Shown here: in pieces, positions 40,212 through 51,357 of the stretch | Layout of the letters: each line of letters begins with the position of its first letter | Numbering within the stretch: position 1 is the first letter of the stretch | Source of the DNA: Azolla caroliniana | Taxonomy: Eukaryota; Plantae; Polypodiophyta | Length of the DNA: 64,000 nt | Direction: 5' to 3' | NCBI GenBank assembly: GCA_043228905.1 | Contig: JBHGNT010000012.1 | Span: forward strand, 11,532,001-11,596,000 | The notes under the pieces: model-generated | What the model was told of the DNA's origin: nothing | The model's input: the letters and a program-made list of their open reading frames with translations, nothing else | Databases searched by the model: none | Program-made: the position numbers and the translations under genes

Positions 40212-40336
40212 CTCCAAAGAAATAACGAAGCTATTAGAAGAGTTCAAGGATGACCAACTAGAGTTCGCACTAGAGCTAGAAGCTTATGAAGCTGAACGAG
40301 TGTAGTTGGAGAAAGAGCACGAAGGAGGAAAGGAAC

Positions 40337-40627
40337 TGTTGGGATCTTGGTCCCTCCGGATGGGATGATGAACGCCCGGTGAGAACCAGATGATGAGTAG
40401 CCGGCAAGGAAGACCCAGTGAGAACCGAATGTTGCAGGCCCGGTGAGAACCTCTCACTGGATGAAGGGACATATATGTAAACATGTTCCAGAGACCCCAC
40501 TAGGGCTATATTTGTAAATAGCCCGAAAGTCATATTAGTATAAATATGACCTAGGGCAAACAGTGTGCATCAATTGTTGTCACTATTTTGTATAGAGTTA
40601 TTGGTGTAACTGTTGTACAAAGAGTAG

Positions 40628-40673
<46 letters not shown>

Positions 40674-40936
40674 TCTCTATTGTAACCGCCACCAGGCGAA
40701 GATTGTGAGGGCGAGGTCGTTGCCTCTGTGTTCCCCTGTTGTATTCTCCTTGCATAGTGAGAGTTGGAGTTTGTGGACTCCCGTGGTTTTTCCCGTTTAG
40801 GGTTTTCCATGTTAACATCCTATGCATTCTCTTCTGTTTGTGTACTTACTTCCATTTCTCATCTTTCTGTGTTTGATTATCATTAAGTGATCTAAGTCTC
40901 GGTTGTGGCCGAAGATTATTCCGCATATTCTCTTCA
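40337..40936 (+). repeat. Solo LTR of Copia family A
   Basis: TGTTGGGATCTTGGTCCCTCCGGATGG...TCTTCA with perfect 5-bp TSD GGAAC. Shares CCCGGTGAGAACC repeats, GGCTATATTTGTAAATAG, TATAAAT and CTCGGTTGTGGCCGA with the 8327 LTR. (GA)n at 40634-40668. Confidence 0.92.
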
Positions 40937-41949
40937 GGAACTAGATCACATTCAACTTCTCGACAGTGAATCAAGCGAACAATCCCAAGACATATCTGAT
41001 AACGCAGCCCCATACCCCCCCCCCCCCCCACTAACATCGCGCCAGCCAAGACCGTCAACGAACATCCAACTATCACTCTCTCAAACGTTGCCACCTTGCC
41101 ACAAGATGCAGAAGCCCACCACGACGAATCATCGCGATTGTTATCTTAGGCGATCCCACACAACAAAGAGATCAGAGACGAAATAGTCGGGGAAACAATG
41201 ATAGCGACGAAGCTGATAACACATATTGCGACCTCACCAAACGCCCCCACCATTGGCAAAAACTAGTCGGCTCAAATGAGCTGAACATTTTACACATTTT
41301 GGACGATGCCTAGTCGGCAAACGAGGTTCAACCGTGCAAGGCACTGTCCCACAGGTGTGCCATGTGTTGGCTAGTCTAGAGGTCCCAAGTGTGAAAAGGC
41401 TAAAGGACAATTACGGGATTGGTGGGGCCGGACAAGGAGTAACTAAATGGCACAAAATATTATTAGTAGTAGCGGTTCACGTTCTAAATGTTACCGCCCA
41501 TGCTTCGTATAAAAAGGGGCATGGGAAGAATGTAAAGGGTGATAAAAAATAATAGTGTATTAAGTCATGCATGCTAATAGAAATCTGATTTGCTTATACT
41601 TTTTCTCTATCTATGTGTCAAGAGTCTTATCTGTATTGAGCGTCTTTAAGTGATCTGTGTATCGTGCACATAACCAATCGGTTGTAGCTAGCTCGGATCC
41701 CAATCTCCACAATCTCCATAATCATACCCGTACGCATGTTAGGTTTTGGTAAGGCAGAGAACTTGTCTATACCATCATCTCCCTACCAAAAGACCTTGAT
41801 CCGGATACCAAAGGAATGAGTATCCAACACCATGTTACCATAAACTGGTAACATGAATGTAAGCCATAGCATAAAAATCCTTTCATAAATACTCTCTTAT
41901 TGTGATGATACTTTCTTCATTCATTTTATAAAAGTGACCTCCGGTCTTT

Positions 41950-43056
41950 TCCCTATTCTCTACATCGGCACAGAATACTTGCAGTTCTACTGCTTGCTCC
42001 GACCATTCCTTCCATATCGTAGCAGAACATTCCTCAAGTTTTTCCCTCATTCATTTATGTTGGTTGTCTATAGTCATCCGGATTCTTTTTATATGCATCT
42101 CAACCTTCTCTTCCATGGCCTGCTTCTCCTACTTCAACTGCTTAATCTGCATTGCCATTAATGTCGTTATCTGAGCCTGATAAGTGGTTTGTACTCTTTC
42201 CGGCACTACTGTAGATTGTCCCAGCATCCAGTCTTGGTCCTCTAGCAACTTAGCCTTCTCCTTCTCCGCCTTTTCTCTCATCTTCACCTTTGTTTCTTCA
42301 AATATTTTTTCCTACAACATCAGGGATTCAGCCTTGTCCTTCACTTTTTCTTGTGCCTCTTTGAGCCTTTCCCATTGCCGGTCGTACTCCTTTTCCAACT
42401 CCTTGTGATCTCGATAGAGTTTCTCAAAATAAGCTTTCTTGTCCTTCAGGAATCGGTTATTCTGTGCACACAACTTGTCATCCCGTTCCTTCTATTGGTA
42501 GAGTTCTTCCTTCAGCCTTTCAATTTCTATTTCCACCATTATTTTTAGTTTCTCTTTTTCCTAATGAATTGTCGCCTCTCTTCCTTCCACCAGTCCACAT
42601 TTCCTTGGACCCAACATAGTCCTTCCTCTATGTTTTGTTTCTCTGCTTCGGCTACTCACCGTAATTGTTTTTCTTTCTCAATCACGGCTGATTGTGCGAC
42701 TTTGTCTTCTTTTAAGCTTTCTATCTCCTTCTCCCCTTGCTCTACCTGTTTGACTGGTGCATTCTCCACACCGGGTACTTCTCTCCGTGGCCCATCCTCA
42801 CCTCTTGTACCTTGTCGGTGGTCCTCTCTTGACCTTTTTCTGCCTGTAATGCCAATAACTCGTTGGCTTGCTTTAACTCCTGCTCTAGTTCTTTAATTCG
42901 ACCCTTGGCCTCCATCAATTTCTTGGCCATATCGTCTGTCTTATCTTTCTCTGCTTGCCGCATCATTGTGAACGTATCCAATGGCGATGTCATCGTTAAT
43001 CTGGCCTGAATGTCTTCATGTTTTGGTATGATGTCCCATTCCTTTTGCTCAGCTAC
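41950..43056 (-). pseudogene. Decayed E/K/Q-rich coiled-coil-like ORF, probably a retroelement accessory ORF
   Basis: KKLMEAKGRIKELEQELKQANELL and a strongly purine-rich minus strand. Multiple stops. Family not identified. Confidence 0.3.
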
Positions 43057-45707
43057 TGTTAGAGCTAGATCCTAATGTAAGCATGAGATGAGGATATAAT
43101 AGATAGAAAAATAAGAGACGAGAGAGAAAGAAGGGTGTCGATCCACCGGACCACGCTTCAGCAAAGGGATCAAGACAAACTCGAGCCTTGATCGGCGTCC
43201 CATACCACCGTAGTGCACTCGCTACAAGAGTTTGATCCACCACAAGGACAAAGTCTCGACGTAGTCAAGAGATGTCAAGTAAGGGTAGCTAGATCTAAGG
43301 CCCCCAGGCAAGTTCACACATGGCCCTAATGGGTTGTCTTAATCCGAAGGATTAAAGGTAATACTTCCCTTCTTTACACTCTCGTTTATCCCTCAGACTT
43401 TGTCCACGTGTATAGAATACCATGGTACAATCTTACCACAGGATATTATATGGTCATGCCCGTAACATACGCCCCCCCCCCTCTTTAAAACATTGCATTC
43501 TTGCAATGAAAAGTTAGGGAAGTTAGTTTTTAGAGGGTTTTCTCGTTCCCATTTAGTATCTTGTATGGACTTATCCATGCATTTAATTTAAAATTCTCGA
43601 ATTATTTTAGAGCGCAAATTTTTCGTTTTATAATCAAGAATTCTCTCTAGTACATGTGGTTTAGAAGATAATTCTTCAAAAATAACCAGAGTTTCAGTTG
43701 TGAGTGTATTGTCGCTAGAACCAAGAAGTTCTTTTCGACGACTTACATGAAAAACTAGATGGATTTCAATGCCATTAGGAAGAGTGAGACGATAGGGTCA
43801 TGAACCAATGCGTTTGAGGACTGTAAAAGGTCCACAAAACCATGGGGCTTAACTTAGTGCACTTACCCATAAACAATGTCTTAGAATTGTGAGGTACATG
43901 TAAAAATACCTTCTTCTAGGGTTGAATACACGAGGTTGCCTATTATGATTGGCATAAAAACACACTCTATCTTGAGTTGTTTTTATATTATCTCGTGCAA
44001 TATGAAGCATATCTTGCATATCTCGAAGAAAGTTTTGCGTACTTCGCAACTCATCATGATGTCGTGGTTGAAAACCATACATCAACATAAAAGGACTATA
44101 TCCTGTCGATGTATTCTTGGAGCTGTTATAAACAAACTCCAAAATTGGGAGATAACGTTCCCATTTTGTTGCTTTTGCACCAACGTATGCTCGAAGCATG
44201 CCCTCAATAATTTGATTTACTTGTTCTGTTTTTCCATCGAGGATGATCCATGGAGCTCATGCTCAATGTAGTTTCTTAAAGACTTGCGTCCAAAGTCGCT
44301 AGTAAAATTTGGATCTTGATCACTCAAAAAATCTATCGGTAACCCAAAAAAACGAAATAACTCATCAATGAGTTGGTAAGCCAATTCTAGAGCTATTATC
44401 GTGGTTTTAGTAGCAATAAATCTGGCCATTTTAGTTAGTCTATCAACCACAACCCAAATGGCATACAGTAAAATCCATGGATATACTTTCCCACTTATTG
44501 TTAGGAATTTCCAAGGGATGTAAAAGTCCAGTGGCTTTAAGTCACTTGACCTTGTTAACCTTTTAGTCATATATCTATGTATGTCAGGACACATCTTAGG
44601 CTAGTAAAATTTAGTGGAGATGACAACAAATGTGCGATGCATTCCAGGGTGCCCTGTTGAGGCAAATGTGGAACACAAAATTTCCCATTATAGTAGAACA
44701 GGCCCTTAACAATGTGGAAGGATTCATTCGAGGATGTGGTGATGTCTGTTCCAGACTCAACTCTTGCCCGTATTTCGAATGATCGAACTTCTCGAATATT
44801 CCGAAGAGTGGGCCAAATTTGGACTTTCTCGATGAGAGACAGGTCAATTTGAACTCCTCGTTCGGTAATGTGATGTTCAAGATAAGTAATTGATATTTTG
44901 AAGAACTCACATTTTGAGATCATTGCGTAGAATTGCTTGTCGCGCAATGTTTGTAAAACAAACTGGACATGTTTAACATGTTCTTCTAATGCACAACTAT
45001 AAACTAGAATATCATCCAAGAAAATAATGACAAATTTTCTAAGTTGTTCTCAGAAAATGTCATTCATTTGTTGTGGAAATGTGGCCGGAGCATTGGTCAA
45101 ACCGAAAGGCATGACCAAAAACTCATAATGGCCTAACGCATACAAAATGCCATTTTATGAATATCTTCCTTACGAATTAGATGGTAGCCCGTACAGAGAT
45201 CACGTTTTGTAAAATATAGAGCTCCCTAGAGATGGTCAATTAGATTGTCATCCCGAGGCAATGGATATGAATTCTTGATCGTCACTTTATTCAAGTGTTG
45301 GTAATTAATACACATACACCATGTGCCCTCTTTCTTTTTTACCAAGAGAACAGGTGCACCCCATGGAGATTTACTATAATGTATATAACCGATTCGTAAA
45401 TACTCCTTGAGTTGGTTAAATACCTCATCCTCTTTGGATCGACTTAACATACAGAGCTATACTTATTGGTGCAATGCCAAGTACAATATCTATACAATGG
45501 TCTATATTCTGTTTAGGAGGTAACCCATGCGGTAATTCACTCGGAAAAACATCACGAAAATCATTTAACATTTCATCGAGTTGTTGTTGTTCAAAATATG
45601 ATAAATGACTCGCGACACTATTGATATTATAAACGTGAAAGTTCAGATCAAGTACACATTAAAATAAAGAAGAACAAGACAACTCGGATATTGATGGAGA
45701 GGAAACA
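43057..45707 (-). mobile_element. Truncated, internally deleted second copy of chromovirus family D
   Basis: 3' LTR 43057-43467 (TGTTAGAG...GTAACA). Chromodomain, integrase and RT segments are colinear with 23187-26196. Confidence 0.9.
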
Positions 45708-46071
45708 ACCCGGATCGGAAGAGGAGCACGAGTCGAAGAAAAGGGAGAACTGAATCGGTTGATACCAACTCAGCCGAGGCCAAAAAATCAAACCGATTGT
45801 TCGATTTGATCGTCGACAAAAATCGAATCCAAATCAATTGGACTATTAGCCAACTTTATCGAAGCCGACTCGGGGCTATATCTGTAAATAGAGTTAATGT
45901 GCCCTTGTGGGCTATATTTGTAAATAGCCCTGAATGTTGTATAAGTATAAATACATGTAGGGAAATCATTATGATTGTTGTATAGTTGTTGAATAGTTAC
46001 TGTTGGTAGTTACCTCTGTAACTAAGAGAGAGAGTGAGAGTGGTAACTCTATAGCCATCTGTCAGACGAAG

Positions 46072-47640
46072 AGTTATGTCGGCGATCAACTGTTGAGCCA
46101 TATCCGGGACGCCAAAACGACGAAGGAAGCTTGGGGAAACCTGAAGATCTTCACCGCAAGCACCACGGCCCGGAAGCTGCAACCGACAAGAGTTGAGCGA
46201 TGTCCGACAGAAGGACATGTCGATGGCTGACTATACATCCCAGATCAAAGACATCTACGACTCACTTGCCTCTATCAACATAATCATCGAGGAAGATGAG
46301 ATAGTGTAGGTTTGTCTTGGGGGCCTAGTGGGTCTGTACAAGGGAGAATACGCCCTCGTTTTTTGACTTACAGTCAATGCTCCTAGTAGAGGAGAACCAC
46401 GCAGGTGCATCAACGAGCACACACACTGACAGCAAGATGTTGTACACAGAGGCGGATAGGCTCTGTGGTCGTGGCAGATGAGGCGGATCGGCACACGGTG
46501 GAAGCAGCTGATAAGCGCAGAATCGGAGGCACAAGGATGGTGCCGAGAACAGTTCTGAACCCTCCACAAGTAGTGGGAGTCATTGCGGTGCCGAGAATCG
46601 ACAATAGAAGACCGCAACGGAATGTTGGTACTACGGTCAGAAGGGCCACAAAGAGAGTGAGTGCTGGAAAAAACACGCCGATTCGAACAAATCTGGATCC
46701 AGCAAGGCCGGACGGGGAAGCCGACAAAGTTCGCACTACACGGAAGTTACAGAAGGATCCAGTTCCAAAAATGGATCGGGCCCAACCTATGTGATGAAAC
46801 ACAAGGCTAACACAATGAAGACAAACACCTCGAAACCGAGCGAGGTATGGTATGTTGATTCCGGAGCATCAAACCATATGAGAATCCATGCTGAGTGGTT
46901 TTCTTATTTAGAAAAACCAGAACAACCAGGGGTGGTCGAAATCGAAGAAGAGGGCAAAGTCATCGCACAAGGGTGCCTAGATGGGAGGATGTTTATCCTC
47001 AAGACAAATGATGTTGGCACCGCTATGTTTGCAAAAGGTCAAAAGGTTGAATCGGACATCAACCTGTGGTACAAGTGGATCGACCACATCAATTTCCAGA
47101 AGCTTCAAGAGATGTAGTCGAAACACGTGGTTTTCAGATTGCCAAAGTTCATTGGCCAGAAAGGCCAAATCTATGAAGCGTACCAGCTTTGGAAGCAGCA
47201 TAGGCTTCCATTCCCCAATGAGAAGAATAAGAGCAGGAATCGACTTGATCTCATCCATTCGGATGTGTGGGAACCCGTATAAAATGTGAGCATCGGTGGG
47301 AGTCGGTATTTCGTCTCCTTCATTGACGATTTCACCTAACACACTTGGATCTATCTAATCGAGAAAAAAAGCGAAGTCTTCTCGTGTTTCCAAGATTTGA
47401 AGAACTTTGTCGAATGCAAGACCGGAAGGAAGATCAAGTGTCTGAGATGAGATAGCAGAAAAGAGTATTTTTCCAACTAGTTCACGAGCTATCTGTAGAC
47501 GAAGGGAATTTGACGGGAGTTCTCTTGCAGATACACACCGGAGCCAAACGGCGTGGCCGAGCGTTGGAACAGGGAACCAAGGGGATGGTTCACGCACAAA
47601 GAAAAGGGGAAGACGAAAATCCCAGAGTACGACATTGGTC
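46072..47640 (+). pseudogene. Degenerate B/E-family Copia gag-PR-integrase fragment
   Basis: VGDQLLSHIRDAKT, SMLLVEENHAGAST, WYVDSGASNH, ESDINLWYKW, with internal deletions. Confidence 0.88.
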
Positions 47641-47670
47641 GAGCCGAGTTGTTGGCCGTTGGCGGCCAAG

Positions 47671-47836
47671 TATGTAAGAGGAAGGGGCGAGCCGGTTTCC
47701 AGATATATAATAATATTATGAGTTACATAAATCGTTCTGGATCTGGATCGGCATACCTATTCCAGATCCGTCTGTTCCTATAACTAATAATATTATTATA
47801 TTTCCGGAAACCGGCTCACCCCTTCCTCATTACATA
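47671..47836. repeat. About 165-bp fold-back inverted repeat
   Basis: TATGTAAGAGGAAGGGGCGAGCCGGTTTCC...ATAATAATATTA pairs with TAATATTATTAT...GGAAACCGGCTCACCCCTTCCTCATTACATA. Confidence 0.85.
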
Positions 47837-48654
47837 TTACTTTTTGGCAACCCCCCTTTGAAGTTGAAGTAAAAGACTAATACGCGGCAAAGCCATGGGA
47901 ACAACGAAATGTGCAAGAAATCAAATCGATGATGTGCGAGAAATGGTGATGGTGATTGGAAGAGGTCGAGGAATGCCACACGGTGATGTTGTGCGAGAGG
48001 ACGTCGTAGAAGGATATACAATGGACATATGTGCAAGTGTGCGGTTAGGGACATCGTGGTTCGAGAGACAACCAAAAAGACAAAGACAAACAATGACATG
48101 GCCAGACGAACAACGTTGGAGAAGGAGCGGCAAAGAAACTTCGGATACAAGTAGCACAGGAACCGGTGCATGTAGGACCGGAAAGAGAAGTGCTGAGAAT
48201 GCACAGGAAGTGCTGAGAATGCACAGGAGATGGTTCCAGAAGAAGTGGCGCAGAGACAACCAGAACCGGAACCAGAGTTGGTTAACAAGAATGGCCAACA
48301 TAGATAGAGAAGGAGACGTTGACACAAACCAGACATTGACGGCCAGAAAAACAGACAACGCCAGAAAGACATGGCTAGAGGCACCAGATATGGACGACCG
48401 GATAGACACTATTGAAACAGGACGAGGCAACCATACAAGCTGGACCGCACAGGCACGGAGAGAGGGGAATGGACGGGCCAAAAGGACGCATACCGACTCA
48501 AGCGACACGGCCGAAAAGCAACTAGAACGACAACCAGACAGTGGCCGGAAGGGGAAGATTAACCGGACAGTGGTTGGAGCAATCGAAGCGGCCAGAGAAA
48601 CGGACAGATGACCAGGAAGAAGAACGGACACATGGCCGGAAGACAATGGTGGAT

Positions 48655-49200
48655 TAAATTGAGCCCCGCGTTCCTGGAATGCGAAAATCACGCAGCGACT
48701 GCGTCGGATGGGGTTTGCCATGTCAAAGTTTGACTCTTCACTGTTCATCCGGCAAGGTCGGCACAGGCCGGTAAGCATTTTGCTTTATGTTGATGATTTT
48801 ATCATCGTCGGTGCCGACCTGGACGAAATTGACCTCATCGATTTCAAACTCGCGCCATCGTTCAAAATAAAGGATCTCGAGGGCCTTCATTACTTCCTCG
48901 GGATCGAAGTGATCCGCACCCCAGAAGGCATACTGATCATTAAACGCCACTATGTGTTGAGTATGCTCTTCAAATTTAGTATGACGGAATGCAAATCCAT
49001 CTCGACTCCTCTGGGCCGAAATGTGAAGCTTCGCCCTGACTCCGGAACGGCATATGCCGAAAAGGTTCAGACAAATAGTCGGAACCCTTATCTATCTTTA
49101 GTGTGCATACTGAATAATCAGGTATGTTAGCGGCACTAAGGACAAGGGATCGTTGTATCGGACCAGTGTAGCCGGACAACTTGTCAGCTACACAAATGTT
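48655..49200 (+). pseudogene. Degenerate B/E-family RT fragment
   Basis: APRSWNAKITQRL, SILLYVDD, LHYFLGIEV; abuts a second, better-preserved RT. Confidence 0.85.
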
Positions 49201-51357
49201 GATGCGTTCCTGCAAGGTGACCTTGAGGAACAGGTGTACATGGTACACCCCCCGGATTTCACTCTGGAACGAACTCCTCGGCAATATGTTGACTGAAGAA
49301 GTCCCTTTACGGACTGAAGCAAGCCTCGCGTGCCTAGAACGCGAAGATCACGCAACAACTGCGTCGGATGGGCTTCGTCACGTCAAGATCGGACTCTTCC
49401 CTATTCATCCGGAAAGGTCGACTCGGACCGGTTAGTATTTTGCTATATGTTGATGACTTGGTCATCACCGGCGCCGACCTAGGAGAAATCGACCGCGTGA
49501 AGATCCAGCTTGCGGCATCATTCGACATGAAGGATCTGGGGGACCTTCATTACTTCCTCGGGATCGAAGTGATCCGTACCCCCGAAGGCATATTGATCAG
49601 CCAACGTCATTACGTGCTGAGTATGCTCTTCAAATTCGGGATGGCCGACTGTAAGTCCGTCTCGACTCCTCTGGACAGAACCGTCAAGCTTCGTCCCGAT
49701 ACGGGAAAGGTATGTGACCCGACGAGGTTCCGACAAAATGTCGGAAGCCTGATATACTTGACCATCACCCGACGCGACCTCAGTTATCCTGTCGGAGTGA
49801 TCAATCAGTTCATGGCGCGACCTACCGAGGAGCACCTCCAGTGTGCGCAACGCATACTTCGGTATGTCAATGGCACTAAGGACCGGGGACTGCTATATCG
49901 GACCGGTGCAGCCGCGCAATTAGTCGGCTACACTGATGCTGATTGGGCTGGCAACGCCGCTGATCGCCGATCCACATCCGGATACACATTCTCCCTCGGG
50001 AGTGCCGCGATTGCGTGGAGCAGTAAGAAGCAGCCGACAGTTGCATTGTCGAGCACCGAAGCTGAGTACCGAGGAGCGGCCGTCACGACATGGGAAGCCA
50101 TATGGTTGAAGCGGCTACTTAGGGACCTGCAAGAGGAGGTGTCAGATCCGACAACGATCTACTACGACAACCTCAGCAGCATCCAGCTCATGAAAAACCC
50201 TGTTTTCCATGCACGGACCAAGCACATTTAGGTGCACTACCATTTCATCCGTGAGCATGTCCTTTCTGGTGAAGTCGAACTTTAGTACGTTCCAACGGAT
50301 CGGCAGACTGCCGACATCTTCACCAAGCCTCTTGGTCTAGACAAGTTGCGGCAATTCTCAGGTGCGCTCGGAGTGCGTCACCTCGACGTGCCAAACTTGA
50401 GGGGGAGAACAGTCCCGAACGACTAAGCAAGGCAGCAAGAAAGGAGCGGAGACCGCGACACTGAGTTGGTTGACTCGGTTGTCAAGTTGGACTTCGGATC
50501 GGCTGAAGAAGCCGAGGGCGGACCCGCGGAAAAGTCCGGAAGCGGACAGAAGGGGAGCAACCGAAGGAGAGAGCCGAAGCCAACCACGCATGGGGAAGAT
50601 GACGCCACCGAGGGCGAGAAGACCAAAGTCGAGTTGGAGACAGCCAACTCGGACGAGAGCGAAAACCGATCGGAGGTAGCTGAGTCGGTTCAGATGTTTG
50701 ATTCAGATACGCTGAATCAACCGAGGCCCAAGCCGAAGAAAAGGCAGCAGGAGAAGTGTCAACACCGCAACAACAGAAGAGCTGATAAGGGCCACATGAG
50801 CAAACAAGCCGACCGGAAGGGTCGAAGCGCGCGGAGTCAAACAGGCCGTCAACGCGAGCGAGGCGTGAAACCAGGAGGAACGGGAGCTGTGAGCCCGAAG
50901 ATCCCGAAGAGCCTCAAGTTGAGCTTGAGGGGGAGTGTTGAGAGACAAGCTCAATATCGGCCGGATCGGCTGAAGAAGCCGAGGACCGGATCGGTTGGGA
51001 CCGATCGGTTAGGCCGAATGCGTAAACCGTTACGTAGGTAGGGCCGGATCGGTGTGTAAACAGGGAGGCCGTTAGGAAAGATATTCCGTGAGGAATATAT
51101 TTGGGAGTTAGTGTAGGAGCTCTTAATGAGTATTGAAGTACTGTCAGTACTTCGGTCAGTCCTTCTAGGACTTGTATAAAAGTGTTCATTGAACACACAT
51201 ATGGATAGAGTGTGTTGAATATAGTTCTTGTGTTTTTCTCTCTCACTCCCTCTCTGTCTCTCCCGCGTATACTGCGTAAGCTCAAGCTCTCCATTAAACC
51301 TGAGTTTTCTTCCTTCTGTTTGGTCTTCATACTTGCTTCCGCACGCTACTTTTTACA
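49201..51357 (+). mobile_element. Copia family B copy 2 (RT-RNaseH, extension, 3' LTR)
   Basis: AFLQGDL, YVDD, DADWAG, RTKHI. PPT TTGAGGGGGAG at 50925. LTR 50936-51357 is homologous to 11142-11529. Confidence 0.92.

Noticed and set aside
41140-41715. Additional LTR (TATA near 41508 and a U5-like T-rich tail)
   Set aside because: I could not define TG/CA termini, a partner copy or a TSD.
47830-48778. Novel proteins from overlapping 184-285-aa ORFs
   Set aside because: No recognisable motifs, composition-biased sequence, and open on both strands within TE debris.
11142-51357. One intact Copia B element with 40 kb of nested inserts
   Set aside because: Flanks TGAAC and AAGGA do not match, the LTRs are divergent, and both the RT and the host integrase are duplicated.
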